NCBI GenBank assembly: GCA_019058445.1
Contig: JAHPZA010000003.1
Location: forward strand, 282,810 to 346,809
Reading direction: 5' to 3'
Source: Promethearchaeota archaeon
Lineage (GTDB): Archaea; Asgardarchaeota; Lokiarchaeia; Sigyniarchaeales; SOKP01
DNA: 64,000 bases
The notes under the pieces are model-generated. The model saw nothing but the letters and a program-made list of their open reading frames with translations, did no database searches and had not been told where the DNA came from. The position numbers and the translations under genes are program-made. Shown piece by piece: positions 1 to 10,826 of the stretch (the first letter of the stretch is position 1; the number at the start of each line of letters is the position of its first letter).

Positions 1-285
1 TTCGTTAAATTCTTTATGAGTATATTTTTCATCCTCATATAAAAGAGCCCAGTTATCGGGATATTCTACTGCATGTTCTTCAATCCGAAGTCCTATAGAG
101 TACTTGGATTCAGGTGGATGCGCTTCTATCCATGCTGCTCCCTGCAATATCAATGGAGTTTTTTCATCCCATGATGGCTGGATTTTAGCTTTATATTTTT
201 CTTTTGATATGACGTAAGGTTTCGTTTCCTCTCCGTTTTGAGTAGTTTCTCCTGATAATGGAATTTCTGATTTTTGATCGTTCAT
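1..285 (-). CDS. Long-chain acyl-CoA synthetase (AMP-binding/FATP-like), N-terminal part, truncated by window edge
   Basis: Manual translation from ATG at 285: MNDQKSE...SIGLRIEEHAVEYPDNWALLYEDEKYTHKEFNE, open to base 1. Resembles the N-terminus of adenylate-forming acyl-CoA ligases. Not in the ORF track. Confidence 0.6.
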   Translation of the reverse strand, partial: MNDQKSEIPLSGETTQNGEETKPYVISKEKYKAKIQPSWDEKTPLILQGAAWIEAHPPESKYSIGLRIEEHAVEYPDNWALLYEDEKYTHKEFNE

Positions 286-411
286 TTTCCATCGTTATTA
301 AGAATAAAATATTATGGGCAAGAAAATGTTAAAATGTTAAAAAAATTTAGTAATTATTCTTCGAAATAGAGAAATTTTAAAATCAAATTTAGAATAATAA
401 AAAAAATTAGA

Positions 412-762
412 TTAAAACTGTTTATATTCTCCTTTGTACCACCATCTCTGAGATTTTCGCAATTCTTGAGGCATATCTTCATAGGGTGAAATTTCCTCAT
501 CTAATTTACAATCAGAACCATATCGATGTTGATTTCCAGGATGAACAAAACCGGTTCTCGCGATTCCATTTGCTGCTCGCAGGGAAGTTCTTCGTGCTAT
601 AAGAGAAGCTCCCTTAATGTAGAAATATCTCCATTTATTTTCGTCTTCGACAAGCTCAATAAATATTCCTTCATCCATACTATTATCAGATTCGATGGGT
701 TCGAACTTACCAGTAGTTTCATTCCATTTTAATAATAAGTTCTTAGGTTTTTCTTCGTTCAT
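412..762 (-). CDS. Hypothetical protein, possible degenerate single-domain gelsolin-like fold
   Basis: 116 aa; segment IFIELVEDENKWRYFYIKGASLIARRTSLRAANGI resembles the gelsolin strand-strand-long helix pattern. Confidence 0.45.
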   Translation of the reverse strand: MNEEKPKNLLLKWNETTGKFEPIESDNSMDEGIFIELVEDENKWRYFYIKGASLIARRTSLRAANGIARTGFVHPGNQHRYGSDCKLDEEISPYEDMPQELRKSQRWWYKGEYKQF

Positions 763-825
763 TTTACCGTTAAATTTTTTGGATTTTTTTTCAAATATTA
801 AAATTTGATAATATAATAGTGTACT

Positions 826-2031
826 TTATTTTAAAGATTTAATAAAATCAACCACAAAATCAAGTTTTTCTTTTGAAGCCAAAAGCATCTCATGGGGGAA
901 TTCAATACTCCGAGAATATATATCCGAAACGATAGGGAAATTTTTATCATCACTTTTGGTACCTCCCCAATTTGCATTCGAATAATCTATTCCTTTTCGC
1001 AAATCCATATTTTTAAAGCAATCTAATCTATGTAAAGGAGGATAACAATCATCTGTAGGAATTTCATTGCGATTCAATTTTTCTTTAAATTCTAATTTTG
1101 AAATATTCCCAAATTTTTCGGGTTCGAAAATAAAAGGATACACATAATAACCCAATTTCTCAGTACCGGGAGTAGGATTCATAACTCGAATGCCATCAAT
1201 ATTATTAAGTTTTTTCATGAAATACTGAGCATTTTGATTCCTTAATTTGTGCTGGGCAGGAAATTTTTTAATTTGTTCCAATAAGATTGCTGCCTGATAT
1301 TCAGACATACGATAATTTGTACCATATATAAAATGAGCATAACCATATCCATTCTTTTTTCTTCCACAGTCAGAGATTGAATATATTAAATCAGCTAACT
1401 CATCTTCATTAGTAATGACTGCCCCTCCTTCTCCTGCCGTTAAAACCTTAGAAGCTTGAAAACTAAAGGACCCAGCATGCCCCCAATTTCCTACATGTTT
1501 TCCTTTATATTTTGATCCGTGAGCATGTGCACTATCTTCTACAACTTTTAAATTATGTTTATCTGCAATTTCCATTAGTTTATCCATTTCGACAGGATTT
1601 CCAGCCAAATGCACAGGAACTATAGCTTTCGTTCTTGTAGTGATTAATCCCTCGACTTTATTAACATCCATAACAAAAGTATCTGGATCTATATCACAAA
1701 AAATAGGAACAGCGTTAGTAGCAACCACCGCAGATGCTGAAGCTACAAAGGTATAATCTGAGACTATAACTTCATCCCCTAGTCCTATTCCTAATGCTAA
1801 TAAAGCAACTTCAATAGCTACAGTACCATTAAAAACTGCTATACAATGCTTAGCACCTTGAAATTTAGCAAAATCTTCTTGGAATTTCCATACATTCTCT
1901 CCTTGGTGAACTCCTGGAGCACCACACCACCAATTTCCTGACTTAATAACATTTGCTAAAGCCTCAACTTCTGAACTATCATAAATTGGCCATTTAGGGA
2001 ATTGCCTTTTTGCCTCTTGTTTAAATGACAT
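826..2031 (-). CDS. DegT/DnrJ/EryC1/StrS family PLP aminotransferase (RifK/BtrR-like)
   Basis: FNGTVAI, VVEDSAHAHG, SFSFQASK (PLP lysine), GEGGAV, GTNYRMSE; N-terminal FPKWP..GNWW as in RifK/BtrR-type enzymes. Confidence 0.9.
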   Translation of the reverse strand: MSFKQEAKRQFPKWPIYDSSEVEALANVIKSGNWWCGAPGVHQGENVWKFQEDFAKFQGAKHCIAVFNGTVAIEVALLALGIGLGDEVIVSDYTFVASASAVVATNAVPIFCDIDPDTFVMDVNKVEGLITTRTKAIVPVHLAGNPVEMDKLMEIADKHNLKVVEDSAHAHGSKYKGKHVGNWGHAGSFSFQASKVLTAGEGGAVITNEDELADLIYSISDCGRKKNGYGYAHFIYGTNYRMSEYQAAILLEQIKKFPAQHKLRNQNAQYFMKKLNNIDGIRVMNPTPGTEKLGYYVYPFIFEPEKFGNISKLEFKEKLNRNEIPTDDCYPPLHRLDCFKNMDLRKGIDYSNANWGGTKSDDKNFPIVSDIYSRSIEFPHEMLLASKEKLDFVVDFIKSLK

Positions 2032-2102
2032 TATTACACAACTCTTAATTTAATATTAGGATAATAAAATTATGAATAATTAAAAAAAAGTATTTTTTTA
2101 GA

Positions 2103-3518
2103 TTATTGGTTTTTTACCTCATCAAAAAGATTTAGTACTTCTTTAATGGTATATTCACCACATTTTGGACTGAAACTTGCAACTGGTTCATAACCTCCAA
2201 TTTCTATATACTCCCTAGGAGAGAATAAATAGGCAATCCAGTCGTTAGCATTTTGAAAGATAAATGTATCTTCTTTTCCAGTAGGTGATTTTTTAAACAA
2301 GATTTTACCAAGATCTTCAAATAACTCTCCCGGAACGGTTAAAATACTTAACTTATTTTCTGCTTTATTTGATTTTAACCTTAACCTTACATATTGTATA
2401 ATAGAATAGCAATGGAATCGAAAAGGCTTACGTTTAATTATAAATGCTGGAAAATTAGCATTTTCGCTTAAGATCTTAGTCACGGGGAGAATTAGATATT
2501 TTTTTATTATAAAGGATAGTTTATTTTGAGACCAAGCAGGGGTAAAATATTTATAATCTTTAAAAGGAATCCAATAATGCCTTACTTCAGCAATAAATTC
2601 CAATTCTTGATAATATTCCTCACTTTTGATGGATTGAGCCATTTTTAAAGCCTTTTTTGCGATAATATTTCCTATCCTTTGCGTATCATCATAAGTACCA
2701 GATTGACCATACATTTTTTTTCTGCCCTCTTTACCAGCATTTTCTAATTCGTTGTAATTTGTGCCACATGTGGTTATTGGATTTAAATCTGCGGAGGGAC
2801 CATTAAAATACACTGCTTCTATTGTGTTATTAGTTAATTCATTAATATTATTGATAATCCTACCGGGATATTCCGCTGATATCTTGTTATTTTCACCGGG
2901 GAGTGTCGTTGGATGACAAGCATAATTAATGATAAACCCTATCATTTCATTATTGTCAAATCTACGAAATGTAATTACTCCTAGTTCGGGAGTGGATCTT
3001 CTGGATGGATGCCTTCGATTTATAACTATATCCGGATTAAAAGGTGTTTTCATCCACGCCATTTTGCAGGGAATTAATTTGTCAAATAGTTTTTGGACCA
3101 TTTTTACTATTTTATCTACAAAATAGACGACATATTTATCATTTCTATTCATGCCGAACATAATTCCTTTTATTGCGTTAAATATTCCCCCTGGAAATTG
3201 AAATTCTCCAGTTAGATCAGGAGCAGAATGAGTATGGGTACAGTGAATTAAGATTTGTTCTGGACTTAAAAAGTCAAAAAGTTTTTTTATTTTAAGTTTA
3301 ATATAATCTGCTATACTCATTGGGATTTTAAGTAAATCTAATGAAATTAATAGCAAATATTTATTAACAATATCTTTATTTGAAGCTTCTAGTAGAATTC
3401 CATATGCAAATATGTCATCTAACTTACCTAAGCATGGATCAGGACGAGTATATCCGGCCATTGGCATGCCAATATAGTTTTTAGGCGTAATTGTTATATT
3501 GTCAAATGCTACTCTCAT
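2103..3518 (-). CDS. Neutral/alkaline ceramidase-like amidohydrolase
   Basis: MAGY, HCTHTHSAPD, INRR, NYACHPT, ISAEYPG, VPGELF, GGYE motifs. Confidence 0.75.
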   Translation of the reverse strand: MRVAFDNITITPKNYIGMPMAGYTRPDPCLGKLDDIFAYGILLEASNKDIVNKYLLLISLDLLKIPMSIADYIKLKIKKLFDFLSPEQILIHCTHTHSAPDLTGEFQFPGGIFNAIKGIMFGMNRNDKYVVYFVDKIVKMVQKLFDKLIPCKMAWMKTPFNPDIVINRRHPSRRSTPELGVITFRRFDNNEMIGFIINYACHPTTLPGENNKISAEYPGRIINNINELTNNTIEAVYFNGPSADLNPITTCGTNYNELENAGKEGRKKMYGQSGTYDDTQRIGNIIAKKALKMAQSIKSEEYYQELEFIAEVRHYWIPFKDYKYFTPAWSQNKLSFIIKKYLILPVTKILSENANFPAFIIKRKPFRFHCYSIIQYVRLRLKSNKAENKLSILTVPGELFEDLGKILFKKSPTGKEDTFIFQNANDWIAYLFSPREYIEIGGYEPVASFSPKCGEYTIKEVLNLFDEVKNQ

Positions 3519-3644
3519 GATTTATCAGTTTAAGTTATGAATTGAATTTATAACAAATTCTTTTTGAATTTTATTTAGTATTTAGATTATTAATCATTTC
3601 TCATAGAATTTTTCATTTTAGGAAAAAAAAAAGAAAAATTAGTT

Positions 3645-4370
3645 TTAATCTTTCTTAATTAAAGCTTTCTTTATTATATCTGGTAAGGTAAATCCAATAT
3701 AAAATTCAGTAAATGAGGTAATCTGAACTATTCTTGCGAGTGTTTCTGTTAAAGCTGTTGCCTCAAAAGCAATATCCAAAATAGCACCAATTACAAATGA
3801 GATTAAGGCTATTAAAATAAACTTTCCTTTTAACCGAACTTCTTTATTGTCTGATTTTAGAGATCCACGAGCAAAGAAAAAACCTGCGATTAGAAAAATA
3901 AGCATCAAACATAAATAATAATATATAAGTATCGGCGCTTCCCGATAATATCTGCTTCCATAAGGTATTAGAATCAATGTAGGCTGTACTAAAATCGCAT
4001 ACACTAAAAATGTTTCAAATACCACCAGTTGTACTATAATGATTCCTAATATTATCTTCTGTTTTTCTTTATATAATAGATCTGTTATTAATGTGAGCCA
4101 TGTTAAACTTGCAAAAGCTACTAATGCAATTCCAAGATAAATTATTTCAACTGGTGGAGTGATACCTATTAATAAAATTGTAAGAAAATCAATTACTGTA
4201 TATACATATGGCATTATCATTAGTATTAATGTTATACCCGCTAAATAAAACTCTCTTCTCTTATGTTCAAAATACTTTAAACAAATTTTTATACCCAAAA
4301 CTACCGCAATGGAAACAAAAATTAATGTAAATAGCCCTTGTAAAAACTCTAATTGTGTAAGTTCAACCAT
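3645..4370 (-). CDS. Integral membrane protein (about 7 TM), function unknown
   Basis: 241 aa with about seven hydrophobic segments. Confidence 0.7.
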   Translation of the reverse strand: MVELTQLEFLQGLFTLIFVSIAVVLGIKICLKYFEHKRREFYLAGITLILMIMPYVYTVIDFLTILLIGITPPVEIIYLGIALVAFASLTWLTLITDLLYKEKQKIILGIIIVQLVVFETFLVYAILVQPTLILIPYGSRYYREAPILIYYYLCLMLIFLIAGFFFARGSLKSDNKEVRLKGKFILIALISFVIGAILDIAFEATALTETLARIVQITSFTEFYIGFTLPDIIKKALIKKD

Positions 4371-4534
4371 AATAATTCCCGTTGAAAATAAATTATTATA
4401 TATTATTCTTTGAGATGATTGAATTTAAAGTTTTATCAATTTCATTATTATTATTAGTAGTGATTATTAACAATTGAATTAAGCCTAGTTTACAATCATA
4501 AATTTATTTAAGGAAGATTGTAGAATTAATTAAT

Positions 4535-5884
4535 ATGAATAATAGTACTAAAAATAGTTCAATTCTTTCTTTATTACTTTTTATTACAATAGTGGCAATA
4601 ATTAATTCTGCTCAGTATATGATTTCTCCGAATCTACTGGTTATTTCAAAATATTTTGGATTTGGTAAAAATATAACTCCATTAGGAATCTTAGCTTTTT
4701 CATTTATCATCTTATCAGGAGTATCTATGCTCATATTCGGTTATTTAGCCGATAAGATTGTAAGAAAATGGATTTTATTCTGTGGGGTTATAATTTATTC
4801 TATTTCATCAATATTTACAATTACTGTTCCTCCTGGAATAAATGGTTATTATCTGTTTTTTCTTCTAACAATTATTATTGGAATTGGATTTGGAGCGATA
4901 ATTCCAAGCACTTTTTCATTAATAGGAGATATTGTTTCTAAAGAAGATAGATCTAAGGGATTATCATTTTTTTCTATAGCCTCTCTATTTGGTTTGTTTG
5001 TAGGGACTGGATTAGCTATATTTGCAGGTACTGCAGATTGGAGGTTCCCATTTTTGATTATAGGGATTACAGGAATTATAGTAGCAATTATAATTCTATT
5101 TTTTAAGGAACCCTCTAGGATTGGAAAAGATTATTTTAATGTATTAGAAAAAGGTGCAATAGATTATACATATAGAATAAAATTCTCTGACTTAAATATA
5201 ATCTTCAAAAAAAAGTCTAATATTTGGTTGATTATCAATTTTGTGGATACTATCCCTACAGGTATAATTTTATTTCTGCTTTTTGCCTATATGGAGAATT
5301 ATCATAATCTAAAAGGAACAATCCCATTGATTGTATTATTACTTACACTGTTAAGCACTTTAATAGGTACCATTATCTTTGGATTTGTTGGAGATAATTC
5401 TTTTAAGAAAGGAAATAAGAGGGCAAGAGTGAAATTGGCTCTCTTAGGGAATATAATTCCAATCCCCTTCGTATATATTGCTTTAGTATTTCCTTTCTGG
5501 GTTCCTGATAATGCAACAATAGTAGAAGTATTTTTAATTCCAGGATTTCTAATTATGTTAATCTTTCTTATAATTGGATTATTCGCAAATGGCGCTGTAA
5601 ATGGAAATTGGTACGCTACAGTTGTAGATTTAAATTTGCCAGAACATCGTGGAACTGTTCTGTCAAGTGCCAATTTTTTTGATATCATTGGTAGGGCTTT
5701 GGGACCGCTAATTGGTGCAATAATAGCAGACAATTATGGATTTGTATGGGGTATGGCTATTTCAATTATCTTTTGGATCTTCATCCCCGTCTTTTGGATT
5801 TCAGTAATGAAAAATTGTGTATCTGAGATGGAAGCAACCGAAGCGATATTTGCAGAAAGAATAAAATCTATGAAAAATAATTAA
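4535..5884 (+). CDS. MFS transporter
   Basis: About 12 TM; motif A GYLADKIVRK; LPEHRGT in the second half. Confidence 0.9.
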   Translation: MNNSTKNSSILSLLLFITIVAIINSAQYMISPNLLVISKYFGFGKNITPLGILAFSFIILSGVSMLIFGYLADKIVRKWILFCGVIIYSISSIFTITVPPGINGYYLFFLLTIIIGIGFGAIIPSTFSLIGDIVSKEDRSKGLSFFSIASLFGLFVGTGLAIFAGTADWRFPFLIIGITGIIVAIIILFFKEPSRIGKDYFNVLEKGAIDYTYRIKFSDLNIIFKKKSNIWLIINFVDTIPTGIILFLLFAYMENYHNLKGTIPLIVLLLTLLSTLIGTIIFGFVGDNSFKKGNKRARVKLALLGNIIPIPFVYIALVFPFWVPDNATIVEVFLIPGFLIMLIFLIIGLFANGAVNGNWYATVVDLNLPEHRGTVLSSANFFDIIGRALGPLIGAIIADNYGFVWGMAISIIFWIFIPVFWISVMKNCVSEMEATEAIFAERIKSMKNN

Positions 5885-5939
5885 CATCAAAATATCTTTA
5901 TTTTTAAATTATTTAGATAACAAAAAGTGAAAATCTCAC

Positions 5940-6572
5940 ATGGTCGATGTAAGAGGAAGCTCAAGTTTCGCATTTTCAACAACTTTTAATACAATAGAAG
6001 ACATTTCTGATGAATATAAAAATAAGATGAGTGAAAGACTCGATGAAATAATAAAAGCAATAGAAAATCCTAATGAAATTATGGACGAAGCTGTACTTCA
6101 ATGTTTTCAATTATTTGAAATACCCAAAAAAGATTTTAAGAAATTTAGTAGCGAAGATGGTGAAATCGAGTACAGGAACAAATCAAGAATTCTTAATATC
6201 TCTTATAAAAAAGTCAACCAGAATAAAAATTCTAAAGTTATTTCAGAAAAGCTCAAGAATGTAAACAAAATTCACGCTTACGAAGTTGATTGGGTAATAT
6301 TTAATGTAAATTGGGATCAATGGAGTGAAAGGATACGAAAAATCCATGAGTTCATTGTAAATAAAGGGTTTAAAGCACGAATACCTGGGCTTGGAGGGTT
6401 ATTAGCAGACTTTATTAACAAAAAAATAAAGGAGACTGGAGATAAATGGATTGTCAAAGACATTAATAGCGAGTTTAATGAAATTTTTTACTCTTTATTA
6501 AAATCTAATCCCGCAATAGAATACATTAAATATGGAAATAAAAAGCTAATAAAATCCAGCGATTTGAGTTAG
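5940..6572 (+). CDS. Hypothetical protein
   Basis: 210-aa ORF filling the gap between neighbours; no motif recognised. Confidence 0.6.
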   Translation: MVDVRGSSSFAFSTTFNTIEDISDEYKNKMSERLDEIIKAIENPNEIMDEAVLQCFQLFEIPKKDFKKFSSEDGEIEYRNKSRILNISYKKVNQNKNSKVISEKLKNVNKIHAYEVDWVIFNVNWDQWSERIRKIHEFIVNKGFKARIPGLGGLLADFINKKIKETGDKWIVKDINSEFNEIFYSLLKSNPAIEYIKYGNKKLIKSSDLS

Positions 6573-6577
6573 AAATG

Positions 6578-7555
6578 TCAAATCGAATTGTGTTTCCAAG
6601 TATCCTTAAATACACGCATCAAGTTTTTATGGGATATTTTTTCAATATCTTGAACGCTGTACCCTTCTTCAAAAAGGTAATTCCATAGATCAGGATACTT
6701 CGAACAATCTTTAAGGCAATTTGGGGTGTTTGCTCCATCAAAATCAGAACCTATAGCGACAGTATTAATATCTGCAATCTTTGCAATATGATCTATTTGA
6801 GTCTTAATTGCATCAAAACCCATTTCGTAATTATCTTCCCCTGGCTTTTCAGCATTTAAAAATCCCATACTAAAATTAATCCCAATTGTGCCTTTTTTTT
6901 CATAAATTGCTTTAATTTGATCGTCGGTTAAATTTCTTGGATGATCCACAATGGAACGGGCATTGGAATGGGAAGCAAAGATCGGTTGTTGGGCAACTTC
7001 ATAAACATCCCAAAAAGAAGGTTCATTTAAATGGGATACATCAATCGTAATTCCTAAAGATTGTGCTTCAGCAACTAATTCTCGACCTTTATTTGTTAAT
7101 CCAGTCTCCTTTTGAGGGTCCTTGAACATCGCACCTGTGGCAAACTTGTTTATATTTGCCCAACTTAATCCTAGAGTTCTCAATCCTAATTGATATGCAA
7201 TTCTTAAAAATCTGAGATTATTATCTATACCACCTGCGCCTTCGAAGTGAAGAATAGCTCCTTTTTTTTCTAAAGATAAAGCTTTTTGAAAATCATTAAG
7301 ATTTTTGATCTGCATTAACCCATTTTCACGATTCATCACAAGCTTAAACCAAATATCTAAAGACTTCAGGATATAATTCAGGGAAGATGTTGGATAAATC
7401 GCGAATAATGCCGCTTGTACATTTCCGGTTTTCATTCGGGAAAGATCATAATGACCAATTTCAGATTGTTCCGAGAAAATACGCTTATCTTTTGGCATTT
7501 TATATACGGTATCTACATGTCCATCAATTACTGGAAAGTTACGTTTAGCTATCAT
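6578..7555 (-). CDS. Membrane dipeptidase (peptidase M19)
   Basis: IDGHVD, HFEG, IDVSH, ASHSNAR, HPRNLTD, IGSDFDG. Confidence 0.92.
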   Translation of the reverse strand: MIAKRNFPVIDGHVDTVYKMPKDKRIFSEQSEIGHYDLSRMKTGNVQAALFAIYPTSSLNYILKSLDIWFKLVMNRENGLMQIKNLNDFQKALSLEKKGAILHFEGAGGIDNNLRFLRIAYQLGLRTLGLSWANINKFATGAMFKDPQKETGLTNKGRELVAEAQSLGITIDVSHLNEPSFWDVYEVAQQPIFASHSNARSIVDHPRNLTDDQIKAIYEKKGTIGINFSMGFLNAEKPGEDNYEMGFDAIKTQIDHIAKIADINTVAIGSDFDGANTPNCLKDCSKYPDLWNYLFEEGYSVQDIEKISHKNLMRVFKDTWKHNSI

Positions 7556-7675
7556 CGTTATAAAATTCTGACCTTTATTGTAATAATAAGAATTGATTAA
7601 AGATAATTATATAAATAAATTCATCCAATATTTAAAAAATATTAAAGATTTTAATCATAATTCTTAGGGATTTTA

Positions 7676-9076
7676 ATGGAAAATAATAAAATTGAAATTT
7701 CTCATAGTAAAGCTAATATGGCGAGCTATGCGGTTGGTACATTTATTAATGAATTTATTATGATGGCCTTTTTTGCTTTCACTTTCTTTTTTTATGAGAG
7801 CGAGATTGGGTTAGATGTATGGCTGGTCGCGGCAGGTTACATTATATTTGCTATATGGAATGCGATAAATGACCCTATAGTAGGGTATTTAACTGATAAA
7901 CCATTTAGGTTCACAAAAAAATGGGGTCGGAGGTTTCCTTGGTTAATGTTAGGAGGATTTCCATGGGTTTTAAGTTATATACTTATTTTTATGCCTCCCG
8001 CTGTTGATCCAAATACTCAACAAGGAGCCTTGATTCTTCTAGTTTGGTTTATTATGTCTATGTGTTTATTTGATACATTTGCCTCTGTCTTTTGGGTTAA
8101 TTATGCAAGTCTATTTCCAGACAAATTTAGATCAACTGAAGAACGTCGAACGGCAAATGGATTATCGATTTTTATTGGCGTCTTTGGAACTGTAGCTGGT
8201 GCGATTGTCCCTCCATTATTTTTCACTTTTGGAGTATTATCATCGTATATAATTCAAGCAGGAGTAGTAGTTTTGATAGGCATTATTGCTATGGTATTGT
8301 TGATTCCTGGTGGTCGAGAAGAAGAGATTCTAATTGATCAATTTCTTGTAGCATATGAAGAAAAGATGGAGAGAGCTTCGTTTTTTAAAACTTTAAAAGG
8401 GGCTATGAAACATAGAAATTTTGTTGTTGTAATTATCGTCCTTTTTCTTTATCAAGTCATGATTAGGTCAATGACAGCTTCGATGCCTTTTATTGTAAGA
8501 TTTATTTTAAGTATGGATGCAAGTGTAATAACGGTAATAATGGGACTATTTATGATCTCAGTGCTTATCTGGACACCGATTTGGGTTAAAATTGCCCAGA
8601 AGAAAAATGATAATCGTAAGATAACTTTAATTACTGGAATACTATTAACTATTTTCACAATACCCTTAATATTTGTCAATACATTTTTAGGTTATATTTT
8701 AGCGATGATTTTATGGGGGACTGTGCTAGGCGGATTTTGGGTAACACAACTGTGGATTTTAAGTGATACTATTGATGAAACTGTTTGTAAAACAGAGAAA
8801 CGAGAAGAAGGAATTTATAATGGAATTAATCAATTTTTTAGTCGTATCGCTCTTGTAGTCCAAGCGCTTAGCTTCGCAATTGTGCATGAATTAACAGGGT
8901 TCGTTGAAGGTGCTGACACACAATCAGCTCAAGCAATAATAGGAATACATATTCATTTCGCTGTGGTCCCCTTCTTTGCTATGGTAATGGCTATGCTAAT
9001 CTTTTGGAAATGGTATGATCTTACTCCCGAAAGAGTAAAAGAAAATCAACAAAGGATGAAAGAGCTGTGTCTCTGA
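7676..9076 (+). CDS. GPH (glycoside-pentoside-hexuronide)/MFS_2 sugar:cation symporter, paralog 1
   Basis: WNAINDPIVGYLTD, KWGRRFPW, REEGIY, WYDLTPE. Confidence 0.9.
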   Translation: MENNKIEISHSKANMASYAVGTFINEFIMMAFFAFTFFFYESEIGLDVWLVAAGYIIFAIWNAINDPIVGYLTDKPFRFTKKWGRRFPWLMLGGFPWVLSYILIFMPPAVDPNTQQGALILLVWFIMSMCLFDTFASVFWVNYASLFPDKFRSTEERRTANGLSIFIGVFGTVAGAIVPPLFFTFGVLSSYIIQAGVVVLIGIIAMVLLIPGGREEEILIDQFLVAYEEKMERASFFKTLKGAMKHRNFVVVIIVLFLYQVMIRSMTASMPFIVRFILSMDASVITVIMGLFMISVLIWTPIWVKIAQKKNDNRKITLITGILLTIFTIPLIFVNTFLGYILAMILWGTVLGGFWVTQLWILSDTIDETVCKTEKREEGIYNGINQFFSRIALVVQALSFAIVHELTGFVEGADTQSAQAIIGIHIHFAVVPFFAMVMAMLIFWKWYDLTPERVKENQQRMKELCL

Positions 9077-9114
9077 ATAATAAAAATTAAAGAATATAGA
9101 ATAATTTATGAATT

Positions 9115-9171
9115 CTTACTCCAGAAAAAGCACAAGCGAATCAATTAAAGATAAAAGAGATGTGTATCTAA
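9115..9171 (+). pseudogene. C-terminal remnant of a deleted GPH transporter paralog
   Basis: Translates LTPEKAQANQLKIKEMCI*, matching the end of the upstream gene (LTPERVKENQQRMKELCL*). Confidence 0.75.
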
Positions 9172-9242
9172 TTTTTTTTTAATTTTATTTTCATAATTGT
9201 TCTTCAAAAAGGATCCATATAGGATGAAATTTTGGACAAAAC

Positions 9243-9272
9243 TATATATATTTCTTTAACTAATTAGTTAAA
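9243..9272 (+). promoter_or_regulatory. TATA-like box followed by a perfect 18-bp palindrome TTTAACTAATTAGTTAAA
   Basis: TATATATA at 9243, palindrome at 9255-9272, 75 nt upstream of the ATG at 9318. Similar layout precedes paralogs 3-5. Confidence 0.5.
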
Positions 9273-9317
9273 AATAAATTAGTTTTCGTTAAAATAATAA
9301 TCCTATAGGTTTTAAAT

Positions 9318-10709
9318 ATGGAGAATGAAGTAATTAAAATCCATCACTCAAGAAGAAGCATAGCTTCATATAGTTTTGCTGGATTTATCTGGGAATTTCT
9401 AGTCATGGCTTTTAGTGCTTATAGCTATTTCTATTATGAGACAGAGGTTGGATTAAATAGCTTACTTTGTGGTTTGGCATTTATCATTTATGCCATATGG
9501 AATGCAGTGAATGATCCCCTTATGGGTTATCTAACTGATCGCCCATTTAAATTTACGAAGAAATGGGGCCGACGTTTTCCTTGGTTGCTTATCGGGGGTT
9601 TCCCATGGATCATTAGCTATATCCTTATTTTTACTCCACCTGACGTGAACCCACAAGATGGCGCGTGGATTATATTTGCATGGTTTACAATTACCATTTG
9701 TTTATATGATACTTTTGCAACCTTATTTATGGTCAATTATGATGCTCTTTTTCCTGACAAATTCCGTTCAGATGAAGAACGTAGGATGGTCACTGGAACG
9801 CGTGTACCCATAGCTGTTTTTGGAACTGTTTTAGGAGCAGTCTTACCACCACTTTTTATAGAATTTGGAAATGAACAATCATATTTATTACAAGCTGGGT
9901 TTGTATTTTTGATATGTCTTATTGCTCTTTTTATTTCACTTCCTGGCACCCGCGAGGATCAGGTAAGAATTGATTCTTATCTTGAAAGTTGTGAAGAAAT
10001 TGAGAAAACCTCCTTTTTTAAAGAATTCAGGAGGGCTCTTAAACAAAAAGCCTTTGTAGCATACATTTTTCTTTACTTTTGCTATATGGTCCTGGTAAGA
10101 TCTATGACATCCTCAATCGCCTATTCAGTAAGATATATTTTAAAAATGGAAGCAAATGCAATCTCTTTAATCATGTTAGCTTTTCTCGTAGGTGTATTAA
10201 TTTCAATTCCAATATGGTATAAACTGGCAAATAGGATAAATAACAACCGTAAAGTAATGATAATATCAGGAACCCTTGTTGGACTTTTTGTATCACCCTT
10301 AATTATATTAGAAGATTATACTCTTATTATTATTACTTTGTTCATATGGGGTTTAGCTGAGGGAGGCTTTTGGCTCATGTTATCACCAGTTTTTGCAGAT
10401 ACTATCGATGAATCAGTAGTAGAAACGGGTGAACGTAGAGAAGGATTATATAATGGATTTTTAGCTTTTTTTGCTCGACTGGCTATAGCAGCTCAAGCAA
10501 TCAGTTTTGCTGTAACACATACATTAACGGGATTCGTAGAAGGTGCCGATACCCAATCTGATTTGGCAGTATGGGGAATTCACATTCACCTTGCTTTGAT
10601 CCCTATGATTTTCATGTTAATAGGGATATTTATCTTTTGGAAATTTTATGATCTCACCCCTAAACGTGTTCAAGAAGTCCAGCTTAAACTAAAGCAATTA
10701 AAACTCTAA
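9318..10709 (+). CDS. GPH/MFS_2 transporter, paralog 2
   Basis: WNAVNDPLMGYLTD, KWGRRFPW, RREGLY. Confidence 0.9.
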   Translation: MENEVIKIHHSRRSIASYSFAGFIWEFLVMAFSAYSYFYYETEVGLNSLLCGLAFIIYAIWNAVNDPLMGYLTDRPFKFTKKWGRRFPWLLIGGFPWIISYILIFTPPDVNPQDGAWIIFAWFTITICLYDTFATLFMVNYDALFPDKFRSDEERRMVTGTRVPIAVFGTVLGAVLPPLFIEFGNEQSYLLQAGFVFLICLIALFISLPGTREDQVRIDSYLESCEEIEKTSFFKEFRRALKQKAFVAYIFLYFCYMVLVRSMTSSIAYSVRYILKMEANAISLIMLAFLVGVLISIPIWYKLANRINNNRKVMIISGTLVGLFVSPLIILEDYTLIIITLFIWGLAEGGFWLMLSPVFADTIDESVVETGERREGLYNGFLAFFARLAIAAQAISFAVTHTLTGFVEGADTQSDLAVWGIHIHLALIPMIFMLIGIFIFWKFYDLTPKRVQEVQLKLKQLKL

Positions 10710-10826
10710 ATTAATTAATTTTACATTTTTTTCAGATAACGTTTAGTAAAGCAAAATATATAAATTGATTCAACAAATATTGAAAAAACGTAATCTATAA
10801 TATATAAAACAAATTTGGTAATGTTT

